Below are positions 10,301-53,845 of a stretch of DNA of 64,000 nucleotides, piece after piece (position 1 is the first letter of the stretch; every line of letters begins with the position of its first letter). Source of the stretch: Macrostomum lignano (lineage: Eukaryota); contig NIVC01003856.1 in assembly GCA_002269645.1 (NCBI GenBank), forward strand, positions 9,521 to 73,520, written 5' to 3'. A model generated the notes under the pieces. That model saw only the letters and a list, made by a program, of their open reading frames with translations, did not search any database and had not been told where the DNA came from. Position numbers and translations under genes: made by a program.

Positions 10301-12952
10301 CACCACCACATAATTGCAGCCTTGGTTCGAAATCGAACCAAGTTCGAAATCGAAAGTGACTGTGAGTTGTGATCTAGCGGTGAGAATCCCAGGTTTCACG
10401 CAGGTGACCCGGGAACGACTCCCAGACAGGTAACCACGGTGAGCTTCTACAACTGTGTCCAAAACTCCCGATTGGCCTCATGACCGGATTCTGAGTTCTT
10501 ACTCGTTGTCAACGGGTCCTAACCACTGAGTCAAGATCGCCCCCATGAACACACACGTCTCTAAAGACCACCGAAGTTCTATTCAACTATCGGCGTACAT
10601 CCGTTTCGCACACGTGTACATGCAGGAGCTTTGCACCGCATCAAAGTACTTTTGTGACATTGGCGACCAACATGTAAATTTTAGCATCCATTCCGTCATA
10701 ACCAGCGCGGCTAATTTACATCACAAGAAGCATATATCAGAAAGCATTTGATTTATTCAAGTATTTCAAAAACTAAGGGCGATTTTTCATGCCTCCATCA
10801 AACGGGGCCATAAAATCGCACAGCTGATTTACACAGCTGCAACAATTTATGCACTCACCTGCGCACCTGCCTGACTGTCCGCCCGTCCAGGACCGGGTCC
10901 TCTATCGCTGTCGCAAGCCCGGCAGCGCCACGGTGACCGCGTACAATAGCGTACCCGAGCTGCGCTGCTCCGATCACCGGGCGGTGTACGCCGTCATCAG
11001 CCTGCAGATCCGACCCGGCTCCGACAAGTGAGACATCGCTGGCTGTGTTTCAATTTTATGGCCCTGGATTAACTAACTATTAGTTCTTGACGTCTCAACC
11101 ACCCTAGGACGACATCTTGAGTAGACGGGAAGAATGCCAAAAATGGTTAAAATTTGTTCCAAAATTTCTTTCCATAATGAGCTAATGCTGGCACCCATTT
11201 TACAGCTGGCTGAACTGAAGCAATGTAGAGTTAAGTGTCTTGCTCAAGGACACAAATTGTTCCGCATGGGTCGAGAATCGAACCCCTGACCTTTCAGTCG
11301 TGAGTTCGACGCTCTGGCCACTAAGCTACAACTGTCTGTCTGAACTGCCGAAAAAAACAAATCCCTATCCTTTGTTCTTTATCATGATTCCCAATTCCAA
11401 CCGAGCTCACAGCAGACACCTCGCTGCGCTGGTCCCTGCTCGGTGAGTGACGGTCGCTTTGGAGTCGATAACCAAATCTAAATCTTATCAGATGGTAGTG
11501 TGGATTATTAATTATCCATCTTGATTTGCAGATGAAATCATATAAATAAAAGTTTGGGTTCATTCTAGAATAAAAAATGTTGCAATCCAATGGATTCGCT
11601 GCGACATCGTCCCTAATGGACTTGTCGGGTAGCCTGCATGCTTCTGATTGTGCTAGTATTCCTTGAACTTTGAATCATGCTGATCAATACCAACAAAGTG
11701 CCCATTATTAGTGAACGCCATTTTCAATCGAAAATTCCTTAAATTGACAGACTAAAGATAAGGCAACTATTTTGTCTGCAGGATTTTGCTATGTTTGTCA
11801 AGCTTTTAAAGCAACCAGTGGGCGAGCTTCCCGCAGCCCGATCCTTCAGTAAGTGAGCTACCCGCAGCCCGATGCTTCAGTAACTGAACTTCCCGCAGCC
11901 CGATCCTACAGTAGCTGAGCTTCCCGCAGCCCGATCCTTCAGTAGCTGAGCTTCCCGCAACCCGATCCTTTAGTGGGTGAGCTTCCCGCAGCCCGATCCT
12001 TTAGTGGGTGAGCTTCCCGCAGCCCGATCTTTCAGTAGCTGAGCTTCCCGCAGCCCGATCCTTTAGTGGGTGAGCTTCCCGCAGCCCGATCCTTAAGTGG
12101 GTGAGCTTCCCGCAGCCCGATCCTTCAGTAGCTGAGCTTCCCGCAGCCCGATCCTTTAGTGGGTGAGCTTCCCGCAGCCCGATCCTTTAGTGGGTGAGCT
12201 TCCCGCAGCCCGATCCTTCAGTAGCTGAGCTTCCCGCAGCCCGATCCTTTAGTGGGTGAGCTTCCCGCAACCCGATCCTTTAGTAGCTGAGCTTCCCGCA
12301 GCCCGATCCTTTAGTGGGTGAGCTTCCCGCAGCCCGATCCTTTAGTAGCTGAGCTTCCCGCAGCCCGATCCTTCAGTAGCTGAGCTTCCCGCAGCCCGAT
12401 CCTTTAGTGGGTGAGCTTCCCGCAGCCCGATCTTTCAGTAGCTGAGCTTCCCGCAGCCCGATCCTTCAGTAGCTGAGCTTCCCGCAACCCGATCCTTCAG
12501 TAACTGAGCTTCCCGCAACCCGATCCTTCAGTAGCTGAGCTTCCCGCAACCCGATCCTTCAGTAGCTGAGCTTCCCGCAGCCCGATCCTTTAGTGGGTGA
12601 GCTTCCCGCAACCCGATCCTTCAATAACTGAGCTTCCCGCAACCCGATCCTTCAGTAGCTGAGCTTCCCGCAACCCGATCCTTCAGTGGGTGAGCCACCT
12701 TCACCTTTAATCTCCATTAATCTAACCCGTCTTGGCAATGCATTCAATACCCGCCTCGGCTGCATTCAGGCTATTAGTCGCTGTCTTAAACGCTCCGCCT
12801 TCCCTCCTCATCGCAGCCTTCCGCTGGCCTACGGCCGGTTCCGCCACACTTTCTACGTGGAGGGCAACAAGCGGCGGGCCAGACGCAATGACCTGGACGA
12901 AATACGCCGGAAAAGCAACAGAGCTTCATCTGGCGTCTGCAGCCTCATGTGA
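7362..12952 (+). CDS. INPP5E: Phosphoinositide 5-phosphatase, INPP5E-like, with C-terminal CaaX
   Basis: Exons 7362-8030, 8719-8816, 8912-9036, 9243-9356, 9430-9522, 9831-10114, 10891-11027 and 12817-12952 all join in phase. Motifs: VTWNM, FIRRDLVWF, FWAGDLNFR, PTYKF, RVPSYTDRVLY, SDHRAVY; the C-terminus is CSLM. The first located exon begins at an acceptor; the first in-frame ATG is 7512, so an upstream exon is possible. Confidence 0.9.
11180..11332 (-). mobile_element. tRNA-derived CORE-SINE (tail truncated or different)
   Basis: On the minus strand: A box TAGCTTAGTGG, B box GGTTCGATTC, then TGTGTCCTTGAGCAAGACACTTAAC, which resembles the CORE domain. Homologous to 60322-60480. Confidence 0.75.
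11816..12695. repeat. 31-bp minisatellite, about 28 copies, in the last INPP5E intron
   Basis: Unit GAGCTTCCCGCAGCCCGATCCTTTAGTGGGT with the variant ...CTTCAGTAGCT. Confidence 0.95.
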
Positions 12953-13065
12953 GCTGAGCAGCCCAGACTTCTGCTGAACACTGGTGGCAATGATTGAAGC
13001 TGAGAGTTCAGTCATGCGACTGCTTTTTATTTGAAAATTTTGTAAACTTTTACCTATCGAAACTC

Positions 13066-13345
13066 ACTCTGGCTGAGACCAACCCGACTCACTCACCCAC
13101 TCTGGCTGAGACCAACCCCACTCACTCACCCTCTCTGGCTGAGACCAACCCCACTCACTCACCATCCCTGAATGAGACCAACCCCACTCACTCACCCACT
13201 CTGACTGAGACCAACCCCACTCACTCACCCACTCCGGCTGAGACCAGCCCGACTCACTCACCCACTCCGGCTGAGACCAGCCCCACTCACCCACCCACTT
13301 TGACTGAGACCAGCCCCACTCACTCACCCACTTTGACTGAGTGAT
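13066..13345. repeat. 33-bp minisatellite, about 8 copies
   Basis: Unit CTGGCTGAGACCAACCCCACTCACTCACCCACT. Confidence 0.9.
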
Positions 13346-14444
13346 TACTCAATCGAGGTCTGGCCGGCCAGAGGAAGCTCCTCTTGGCCAAAGTTTCTAC
13401 GGTTGTGAAGGCAGCAGTTGATTGCCTCCTCAGCAGACCTCGGCCGCAGGCCAGGACTCCACCGTCGTGTACACTTCAAACTTTTCGTCTTGCACTTTTA
13501 AGCTCGTGCTTTCGTGCAGCTGTCTTGCTGATCTATCTGTAAACATATGAGTTGCATGCACAGCCCAAGGACAACTTAAGTAGATATATATATATAGATA
13601 AGATATATATGTTACTTGAGTAGTCCTTGACACAGCCATGTTTTCAAGCACTTACTTAGAGCTTCTACCTTAAAATTCAATCCCCTTTCGTGTTACAAGC
13701 TTACATATGTACTGTGCTTGCCAAAAATGTCCGTAATGTGTAACTCCAATTATATAATCGAAAATTTTTCCGATCTGTGATATACTGTTGAATACTCCAG
13801 TGTTTTCCTGCGTGACATTCCCGAACTCTCATCTGCAAGCAGGAGCTCACAGATAAATATTTTAGTAAATTGTAGCATATCGAGTCTGCAACTGTGTTAT
13901 CGCTGTCAGCATAAATTCATTAACCACCAGAGCAGTCTCGGTCTAATCTCATTTCCTTACAAAATGAAGTATTAAAGTTCACACATTGAACTCGTACACT
14001 AAATAGACAAATCCAGTCTCAGTACTGGATTAAAATTCTAAAGCTTTCATGCTAGCCGACCGACATGTACAACATTTAAGAGACGGAAGAAAAACATTTG
14101 ACTGCAAGAAAGCTGCCAATGACAAAATTCCGGGTCTATTTTTGCTGTATTTAGAACGTAATATGTAGTAAATTAAGCGACTCCTTTGATAGCAGGTACT
14201 ATCGCCAAGACAAGTGTAAACTAACTAACGTTTGACAGGTGCGGTTGAATAAAGGAAACTCCACACGAGTTGGCACACAAGAGAGCGAGTGGCACTGAAG
14301 CTCGTGCACGCACTGGCTGCGGCGCGCTGCTTCTCTCCTGAGAGAAAGGAACATCGCTCTAAGGTATCGGTAAAGTAATATGGCTGGCATAGAGCTCGCG
14401 TTATGTGCAATGCTATCTACAGGATTGAAAGTGATAGTGTCTTT

Positions 14445-15809
14445 TTAATCGTCCAGATCCTTCTCCATCTCCTCGACCTCCTCCTCCTCGCCCTCTACGC
14501 TGTCCACTCCGACCTCTTCGTAGTCCTTCTGCATGGCGCCTAAGTCCTCGCGGGCCTCGGCGAACTCGCCCTCTTCCATGCCCTCGCCGACGTACCAGTG
14601 CACGAAGGCGCGCTTCGAGTACATGAGGTCGAACTTGTACGCCAGTCGGTCCCATGCCTCAGCAATGGCGGTGGTGTTGCTCAGCATGCAGACCGCTCGA
14701 GGCACCTTCGCGAGGTCACCGCCTGGTACTGTGGTTGGCGGTTGGTAGTTGATGCCGACCTTGAAACCTGTCGGGCACCAGTCAACAAACTGGATCTCTC
14801 GCTTGTTTTTGATCTTCTGGATGGACTCGTTGACCTCCTTCGACGAGACATCGCCTCTGTAGAGCAGACAGCAGGCCATGTACTTGCCGTGCCGAGGATC
14901 GCACTTCACCATCTGGTTGCTCGCCTCGAAGCACGAATTGGTGATCTCTCTGACCTTCAGTTGCTCATGATTTGCCTTCTCCGTCGAAATAATGGGAGCG
15001 TAGGTGGCCAGGGGGAAGTGGATTTTCGGATATGGGACGAGGTTTGTCTGGAACTCGGTGATGTCCACGTTGAGCGAGCCATCGAACCGCAGTGAAACCG
15101 TGATGGAGGACACGATCTGGGCGACAAGTCTGTTTAGGTTGGTGTACGTTGGCCTCTCAATGTCCAAGCTTTTTCTGCAGATGTCGTAGATGGCCTCGTT
15201 GTCAACGATCATGCCACAGTCCGAGTGTCTTAGAGTGCCGTGGGTGCACAGGATGGCGTTGAACGGCTCCACCACGGCTGTCGACACCTGCGGCGCCGGG
15301 TAGACGGCGAACTGCAGCTTCGCCCGCTTGCCGTACTCGGACGACAACCGGTCCATCAGCAACGAGGTGAAGCCGGCGCCCGTGCCGCCACCGAAGGAGT
15401 GAAAAACCAGGAAGCCCTGCAGGCCTGAGCAGTTTTCCGCCAGCCGGTTGATGACCTCCCGAACGGTGCCAATCAGCTCCTTGCCGATGGTGTAGTGGCC
15501 TCTGGCGTAGTTGTTGGCAGCGTCCTCTTTGCCGGAGATCAGCTGCTCCGGGTGGAACAGCTGGCGGTAGGTGCCCGTGCGGACCTCGTCGATCACGGTG
15601 GGCTCCAGGTCCACGAAGACCGTCCTAGGAACGTAGCGTCCAGAAGATGTCTCCGAGAAGAACGATGACTGCGAGTCGTCGCACTTCTCCCGGCCTGCCA
15701 GCATCATGCCGTCGGGTTGGATGCCGTGCTCCAGGCAGTAGAGCTCCCAGCAGGCGTTGCCGATCTGGATGCCGGCCTGGCCGACGTGGATGGAGATGCA
15801 CTCGCGCAT
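14445..15809 (-). CDS. TUBA: Alpha-tubulin, divergent, intronless (copy 1, 454 aa)
   Basis: Starts [10 protein letters not shown] at ATG 15809; contains [12 protein letters not shown] and [11 protein letters not shown]; ends [14 protein letters not shown]. Confidence 0.97.
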   Translation of the reverse strand: MRECISIHVGQAGIQIGNACWELYCLEHGIQPDGMMLAGREKCDDSQSSFFSETSSGRYVPRTVFVDLEPTVIDEVRTGTYRQLFHPEQLISGKEDAANNYARGHYTIGKELIGTVREVINRLAENCSGLQGFLVFHSFGGGTGAGFTSLLMDRLSSEYGKRAKLQFAVYPAPQVSTAVVEPFNAILCTHGTLRHSDCGMIVDNEAIYDICRKSLDIERPTYTNLNRLVAQIVSSITVSLRFDGSLNVDITEFQTNLVPYPKIHFPLATYAPIISTEKANHEQLKVREITNSCFEASNQMVKCDPRHGKYMACCLLYRGDVSSKEVNESIQKIKNKREIQFVDWCPTGFKVGINYQPPTTVPGGDLAKVPRAVCMLSNTTAIAEAWDRLAYKFDLMYSKRAFVHWYVGEGMEEGEFAEAREDLGAMQKDYEEVGVDSVEGEEEEVEEMEKDLDD

Positions 15810-15951
15810 GGTTGTCAGAGCGGACTTTCGGACTTTTGCTCCCGAAACAAGTGGCTTGGCACGGTAAGCCGGTGGGAATGATGAGAAATCTCTCTGCCCC
15901 CGGGCACTCCCTCTCTTCAAGCTCCACTGTCGCTACAGGCCCCGGGGTTAC

Positions 15952-16433
15952 GTCTATGGCCAAAGCGTAGACTTATTCGCTGGCGCTGGTCAGATAATAT
16001 ATAAAAAGCCTGCTTGCACTTTTAGCTCGAGGGTACATCGGTTTCTAAAGTGCCTACTGACTGATTATATTTTGTGACGCTAAGCGCAGTAGTCATTTGA
16101 TTTATGTTCCTCTGATACGTAAATCAACACTAAAATTTTAAAACCAAGCGGATCAAGAAAGCGATAAAAGACTTTTAAATTTTTGGGACTAATGCTTGCC
16201 ATAAGGATTATCCCGTTTAATTTGCCTGAAATGTGATACAGACCAATGGATAATTGTATTTTATCATACTGTAAAATTTCGTAAAGGCCGAACGTTATGG
16301 ACCAGAGTTATAACCAGTTAGAAAATTTATAAGCCAAAGTTGTATCGAGTTAGAATTTTAAAGTTCATCTCGCATTTTGCAGCGCAGCCAGGATTTTCAC
16401 TCAAAACGAGCCCATATAGTCTTTGCCATAGAC
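15952..16433. promoter_or_regulatory. Bidirectional tubulin promoter with GCCATAGAC motifs facing each gene
   Basis: The ATGs are head-to-head, about 790 bp apart. GTCTATGGC lies at 15952-15960 and GCCATAGAC at 16425-16433; the same motif occurs at 22004-22012 upstream of copy 3. Confidence 0.55.
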
Positions 16434-16601
16434 CGCAATGAAATTATCCTGTACACTCAGTTCGATAAAGCCACGGCTCGCCACCAAATTCGCAGTCAAT
16501 GGGTTCAATTTCTAGCCTCCCAGAAAGCGAGCCTTTAACCCTGCCGTAGGTCTAAGCCTCTTGAGCCGCAGCCCAGTGTACGTTAACAACCTGCTTCAAG
16601 C

Positions 16602-17969
16602 ATGCGCGAGTGCATCTCCATCCACATCGGCCAGGCCGGTGTGCAGGTTGGCAACGCCTGCTGGGAGCTCTACTGCCTGGAGCACGGCATCCAACCCGAC
16701 GGCGCGCTACTGGCAGGCCGGGAGAAGTGCGACGACTCGCAAGAGTCGTTTTTCTACCAGACCTCGTCTGGCCGCTACGTTCCCAGGGCCGTGTTCGTGG
16801 ACCTGGAGCCCACCGTAATTGACGAGGTTCGCTGCGGCACCTACCGCCAGCTGTTTCATCCGGAGCAGCTGATCTCCGGCAAGGAGGACGCCGCCAACAA
16901 CTACGCTCGCGGACAGTACACCATCGGCAAGGAGGTGATTGGCTATGTGCGGGAGGTCATCAACCGTCAGGTAGAAAACTGCTCTGGTCTGCAGGGTTTC
17001 ATCGTCTTTCACTCCTTTGGCGGCGGCACAGGATCAGGATTCACCTCGCTGCTGATGGACCGGCTGTCTTCAGAGTACGGCCGGAAGCCGAAACTAGAAA
17101 TGGCCATTTACCCGGCTCCGCAGGTGTCCACAGCCGTGGTAGAGCCCTACAACTCCATCCTGTGCATGCACGGAACCATCCGCCACTCCGACTGCGGCAT
17201 GATTGTTGATAACGAAGCTATCTACGACATCTGCAGAAAAAGCCTGGATATAGAGAGGCCCACGTACACGAATTTGAACCGACTCGTCGCACAAGTCATG
17301 TCCTCGATTACCGTTTCATTGCGATTCGACGGCTCAATAAACGTGGACATTGCCGAGTTTCAAACCAATCTGGTGCCCTACCCGAAGATCCACTTCCCTC
17401 TGGCCACCTACTCTCCGATCATCACGACTGAGAAGGCAAGTCACGAGCAGCTCAAAGTTACCGAGATTACCAACGCGTGCTTCGAACCGTCGAATCAAAT
17501 GGTAAAGTGCGATCCTCGGCATGGCAAGTACATGGCCTGCTGTCTGCTCTACAGAGGCGACATCAGCTGCAAGGAAGTTTCAGAGGCTATCCAGAAGATC
17601 AAGAACAAGCGAGAGATTCAGTTTGTTGACTGGTGTCCGACCGGCTTCAAAGTCGGCATAAGCTACCAACCGCCAACCACAGTACCAGGCGGTGACCTCG
17701 CGAAAGTGCCTCGAGCGGTCTGCATGTTGAGCAACACCACCGCCATCGCTGAGGCATGGGACCGACTGGCCTACAAGTTCGACCTCATGTACTCAAAACG
17801 CGCCTTCGTGCATTGGTACGTCGGCGAGGGCATGGAAGAGGGCGAGTTCGCCGAGGCCCGCGAGGACCTGGCCGCTATGCAGAAGGACTACGAAGAGGTC
17901 GGAGTGGACAGCGTAGAGGGCGAGGAGGAGGAGGTCGAGGAGAATGATCGGGATGCGGAAGCCGACTGA
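16602..17969 (+). CDS. TUBA: Alpha-tubulin, divergent, intronless (copy 2, 455 aa)
   Basis: Starts [10 protein letters not shown]; contains GGGTGSG and [11 protein letters not shown]; ends [15 protein letters not shown]. Confidence 0.97.
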   Translation: MRECISIHIGQAGVQVGNACWELYCLEHGIQPDGALLAGREKCDDSQESFFYQTSSGRYVPRAVFVDLEPTVIDEVRCGTYRQLFHPEQLISGKEDAANNYARGQYTIGKEVIGYVREVINRQVENCSGLQGFIVFHSFGGGTGSGFTSLLMDRLSSEYGRKPKLEMAIYPAPQVSTAVVEPYNSILCMHGTIRHSDCGMIVDNEAIYDICRKSLDIERPTYTNLNRLVAQVMSSITVSLRFDGSINVDIAEFQTNLVPYPKIHFPLATYSPIITTEKASHEQLKVTEITNACFEPSNQMVKCDPRHGKYMACCLLYRGDISCKEVSEAIQKIKNKREIQFVDWCPTGFKVGISYQPPTTVPGGDLAKVPRAVCMLSNTTAIAEAWDRLAYKFDLMYSKRAFVHWYVGEGMEEGEFAEAREDLAAMQKDYEEVGVDSVEGEEEEVEENDRDAEAD

Positions 17970-20494
17970 CAGTCCAGTCACATTTCCCCCAAAACAGCAC
18001 CGCTACTGGTGTACCGACTGTCACCTCCCTCATTTCTTTATATTGTACCACCTGCAATACTCTGTTAAACAGTATGCTTTTGGTAAAGCTAATCCACTAT
18101 TTATACACTTTCGTTACTTTGAATTAACGCATTTTGTATTGGTAAAGATGCATTACGGAACTGCACCCTATCATTAAACACTGTCAACGGCTATCAATGC
18201 GCCGGTATTTAATAAAAGTGTACGAAATATTGCCGTCTGGTTTCGAACAAAAATGAAAGACAAATATTTATAAAAGATGAAAAATCTTGTGCATCGCGCA
18301 TCGTCTACTGTCTCTTTTTTTTCTATGCGGAGTTTCTGCGGAAGCTCTTGTGCTCCTGCACTCGTCAAAGGAGAATTCGCATTGCCATTGAATTTTCTAC
18401 CACTTGAGTGATTTTTTGCAGGCACCATTTGAGATGCAGGCGTCAGTCTCGATGACGATCTTTCAAGAGCATACCGTAGTGAGGCCAGGTTGGCAGTCAA
18501 CTGACTGGAGGCTTCTTTCTACACCAATGCAGCAACTCGCTGAGCTGCGCAGGCAGCCGCAACTTGTCACTAGGTCTAGCCGTCCGGCTCGCCAACGTTA
18601 GCAGTGAGCGAGTAGAAGCCTGGCCTTTCCTGGTCACATTTATAACCCAGGACAGCTTGCCGCATATCCGCTGAACGTTGCGATTGCTGATGGCGCGCTG
18701 ATGCCCGCATCTCCGCAGTGCGTCTCCGAGTGCATTGAGTTTGGCAGGGCTCTATCTCTATCTCTCATTCTTCAGGTACATGTCGCTGCTCTAAAGTCAT
18801 CCTACACAAACTCGTAGTGCACAGAAAGCTTTGAATAAGTGGGCCGGCTCAAATTCGCAAGTCAAAAGGCACGCAACCCAGCAAAGAGAGACAAAGCAAC
18901 GCACGGGCTAAAAAGCTACCCTCCCCCAATGCCGATGCGCACCCAAACAGACGCATGCCGACGCCACCCCAAACGCGGGAGTGGCAGCAAGTACCCCCGA
19001 TCCCGCTAACAGTGATTGGTCAGCCAATCTACACTTCAGGTTCAGGGTGTCCGCTTCTGACATGACCACTTTGTCACACTGATCACCCTCGCGTTCAAGT
19101 GAAGCCAGACCCGAGCCCTGACACAAATCTCCCAAACGCCTTATCAGGTAATCCTTACCAGAGAGGCGCTTCGCTCCCCAGGAAGCGGCACGAGCCAGTG
19201 TCACTTTGGATATTTCATGCAAGTTTTAGGCTCATTCATTTCTTATTTATGTTGTGAGCTGCGCCTCGCAATGCCCTTGCCCCGACCTCTGCGCTCTCCG
19301 CCCCTCCTCTCCCTGCCACTGGTTTTTTCTGGCTTGCCCCCTCCGTCTAAAGCTGCTATTCATTTTTTGTTCTCATTTTCATCAGCCCACATTTTCATTG
19401 GCTGGCGTATTTTCATCTCTCTCTCGCGTGGGATAGTCCAATCATGTATCTCGCCGCGGAGGCACCTGATTGGCTAGCCTTCCCTCTCGCCCTTCAACTC
19501 TGTTGAGTTTTGCCCCCACCCCAGTCCCCTGCTCAGTGCTCACCCAGTATTTATGTGCGCGCGCGGCCCTCGCCCGGCTCTCGCCCTCCTGCTCTCTCTC
19601 TACCACTCTAGCTCTACACGTGCTTGGGTGAAAGTGAAGCTTGAAATTGAAATACAGTCAGCTGAGGCTGAGATATTAGAGGCCACGCCTGCATGAGCGC
19701 GACAAGTGACCCAGCCCGGTAAGACAGCGTTCGCTTCCGTTAATTTGTCCCGTCTTCATTATTCACCTCTCTCGCCACCGTCTTCCTTCGGGTCTGCGAA
19801 GTGTCTGCACGCCTCCAGACCCGTGCTCACCTCTGCTGTTGCTGCTGAGTGGCTACCTGCTCACAGCCTCCTCATCTGCATCTCCCTCTCTCCGTGGGGC
19901 TGGCCGAGTGTCTGTACGCTCCCAGCCTCTCCACCTCCACCTCGAAGTGTCCGTACGCCTCGGGGGTCGCCACTCTTTCGCCTATCCCACCCGGCAAGCT
20001 CTGGGCAGTCCAGTACCCGAACCCCTGATCGCCCCGTCTGCGGTCCGCACGGACGGAAGCAGAAAATACAACATTTACTCGTAGAACACCTCAAACAAAT
20101 TTAGCAAAACATCGGCCTGTTGCATTAGATCTCATTTTTTTTTAACTGAATATAAACCTTGTATGGTCGAAGCAATGCCATCGAAGCAATGCACCTCCCG
20201 AGCTTAACCTTCGGGCATTTTTCGGGCTCCATCGCTGGCTTTGGCTTTTTCATGATCCATTACTAGAAAGCTATTTTGTGACTTTTTCTAGCTACGTTCT
20301 TATCAGCTGAACAATATGGTCTGGTGCACTTCTGCCTCTATGTACGCAAAATATTGACGCAAAACTCTTTTTTCAAACGCAATAAGTGCATAGTTGATGT
20401 GCGTTTATTCTCGCCCATATGACAAAAAACTTCGACGAAAAAATAGCAATGATATTGTTGATACAAAATATATTAAATAAAAAAGATAGCAGCT

Positions 20495-21859
20495 TTAGTC
20501 ATCGCCATCCTTCTCCATTTCCTCGACCTCCTCCTCCTCGCCCTCTACGCTGTCCACTCCGACCTCTTCGTAGTCCTTCTGCATAGCGGCCAGGTCCTCG
20601 CGGGCCTCGGCGAACTCGCCCTCTTCCATGCCCTCGCCGACGTACCAGTGCACGAAGGCGCGCTTCGAGTACATGAGGTCGAACTTGTAGGCCAGCCGGT
20701 CCCAGGCCTCAGCGATGGCGGTGGTGTTGCTCAGCATGCAGAGCGATCGCTGCACTTTCGCGAGGTCACCGCCAGGTACTGTGGTAGGCGGCTGGTTGTT
20801 GATGCCGACCTTGAAGCCTGTCGGGCACCAGTCAACGAACTGAATCTCTCGCTTGTTCTTGATCTTCTGGATGGACTCGTTGACCTCCTTCGACGAGACA
20901 TCGCCTCTGTAGAGCAGACAGCAGGCCATGTACTTGCCGTGCCGAGGATCGCACTTTACCATCTGACTGGACACTTCAAAACAGGAGTTAGTAATCTCTC
21001 CAACGCTGAGCTGCTCGTGGTTTGCTTTGTCAGTAGATATTATCGGCGCCAGCGTCGCCAAAGGGAAGTGGATTTTTGGGTAGGGCACCAGATTAGTTTG
21101 AAACTCGGACAGGTCAACGTTCAGTGAACCTTCAAATCGCAATGACGCCGTTACTGAGGAGACAACCTGGCCGACAAGCCGGTTTAGGTTTGTGTACGTT
21201 GGTCTCTCAATGTCTAAGTTCTTCCGGCAGATGCTGTAGATAGCTTCGTTGTCCACAATAACAGTGCAGTTGGCGTGCGAAATCGTGCCGTGATTGCAAA
21301 GGATTGCGTTCATTGGCTCCACAACAGCCGTAGAAATTTGCGGCGCAGGGTAGATAGAAAACTGAAGCTTGGAGCGCTTGCCGTACTCAGAGGAGAGTTT
21401 TTCCATCAGAAGGGAGGTGAAGCCGGCGCCGGTGCCGCCACCAAACGAGTGAAAGACAATGAAACCCTGCAGACTGCTGCAGCTTTCGACCAATTTGCTC
21501 AAGTAGTCTCGTACCGGAGTGATTATTTCCTTGCCCACCGTATATTGACCCCGGGCGTAGTTGTTGGCGGCGTCCTCCTTGCCCGAGATGAGCTGCTCCG
21601 GATGAAACAGCTGGCGGTAGGTCCCGGTGCGCACCTCGTCGACCACGGTGGGCTCCAGGTCCACGAATAGCGCTCGTGGAACATATCTTCCAGAGCTGGT
21701 TTCAGAGAAAAATGGTTCGCTCGTATTGTCGCACTTGCTCATACCCGCCAGCATCATGCCGTCGGGTTGGATGCCGTGCTCCAGGCAGTAGAGCTCCCAG
21801 CAGGCGTTGCCGATCTGGATGCCAGCCTGGCCAATGTGAATGGAGATGCACTCGCGCAT
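20495..21859 (-). CDS. TUBA: Alpha-tubulin, divergent, intronless (copy 3, 454 aa)
   Basis: Starts [10 protein letters not shown] at ATG 21859; ends [14 protein letters not shown]. Confidence 0.97.
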   Translation of the reverse strand: MRECISIHIGQAGIQIGNACWELYCLEHGIQPDGMMLAGMSKCDNTSEPFFSETSSGRYVPRALFVDLEPTVVDEVRTGTYRQLFHPEQLISGKEDAANNYARGQYTVGKEIITPVRDYLSKLVESCSSLQGFIVFHSFGGGTGAGFTSLLMEKLSSEYGKRSKLQFSIYPAPQISTAVVEPMNAILCNHGTISHANCTVIVDNEAIYSICRKNLDIERPTYTNLNRLVGQVVSSVTASLRFEGSLNVDLSEFQTNLVPYPKIHFPLATLAPIISTDKANHEQLSVGEITNSCFEVSSQMVKCDPRHGKYMACCLLYRGDVSSKEVNESIQKIKNKREIQFVDWCPTGFKVGINNQPPTTVPGGDLAKVQRSLCMLSNTTAIAEAWDRLAYKFDLMYSKRAFVHWYVGEGMEEGEFAEAREDLAAMQKDYEEVGVDSVEGEEEEVEEMEKDGDD

Positions 21860-22959
21860 GGTCAACGAGTATTTCGATTTTAGCTGCAAAAAGCTAAATG
21901 AATCGCTGCCCAGCTGCCGTTTCAAAGTCTCTTAACCCTCTCATTTTCTTGTATTTTCGCGAGCCTTATCAGAGTGGTCCTGGCGGGTACAGTCTTTGTT
22001 TAAGTCTATGGCCGAAACCCCCTTTCTTTTCTTTGCTTTGTACTGAAGTTCTCTGCTAGCACACTAAAGTGCATTTGCAACTTTAAAAAATAAATTCATG
22101 ATTAACATGATTCATTGAAGTGCTACAATATTATGCAATGCCAAAACTTAAGCGTCTGTATAGGTTACGTCTGAAATAAAAACTCAAAAATACATGTATA
22201 TGTACTACTCGATAGTAGAAAACTGTCTTTCCAACAAAAACGTCTTGTAAATGAGCCCTTCGATCACAGAATATCACAGCCCTTCGATAGACTGGCTCTG
22301 TATATAAGGTTTTCAAATTCCGACCGATCTTGAAAAGTTTCAGGTGCATCAGATGTCATTCATAACTGCTGTATAGTACTACATGTATAGCTGAGCCTAA
22401 TGTATAGCTGCAGACTGAAGTGTACAAAGGCCCAGAACCTGAGTCAGAGAGAAAGGTGTCAGTCAGTGGTGCAGCGAGCCTGGCCGCGGCGGAGTCCCTC
22501 ACAGGTTGCCTGAGCAGCAGACGGGAGGGATTCCTAGATGCTATAATTTTGTGGATGCACATAACACATGCATATTGCATACTCTAATGCACCAATTTAG
22601 TCTAAAATTTCGAAAGTTAAGGTTCACTCTTCATTAAAAGTGTTGTGAAGTATGAAATCTGTGAATAAGATAAAGAAGTAAAACTAAATAATTAGGAAGC
22701 GGAACCAACTTTATTATACTCGATTATTTATTTTCCATTTGCATTTTCCATGAACTACACCCCAAAAAGTTTCCGCTTGATGTCCCAAAACCAATCTACT
22801 AAAATTGAAGTCTGTACTGTAGTACATGTATTGTAATTGTTAGACACATTGTATTATGTATTAATCATACATAATATGCTAGATTAGACACGCTTAAATA
22901 ATTTTCTAAATTACCATTTCTCACTTTTGCTTTAAAGTAACCGTTGTCATGACTTTGTA

Positions 22960-53845
<30,886 letters not shown>

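Noticed and set aside
11816-12695. Possible CRISPR-like arrays (also 45742-47361)
   Set aside because: The units are head-to-tail with no unique spacers, and the context is eukaryotic with no cas genes.
15810-15920. N-terminal extensions on tubulin copies 1 and 3 in the ORF track
   Set aside because: They arise from alternative start codons; the conserved MREC start fixes the ATGs at 15809 and 21859.
18370-20110. GC-rich stretch with several 60-130-aa ORFs and CCAAT/GC boxes between tubulin copies 2 and 3
   Set aside because: No recognisable motif, splice chain, TIR or TSD; it may be a decayed TE but I cannot support a call.
14413-21897. Overlapping antisense and alternate-frame ORFs across the tubulins and DOCK exons
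   Set aside because: Expected shadows of GC-rich coding sequence.
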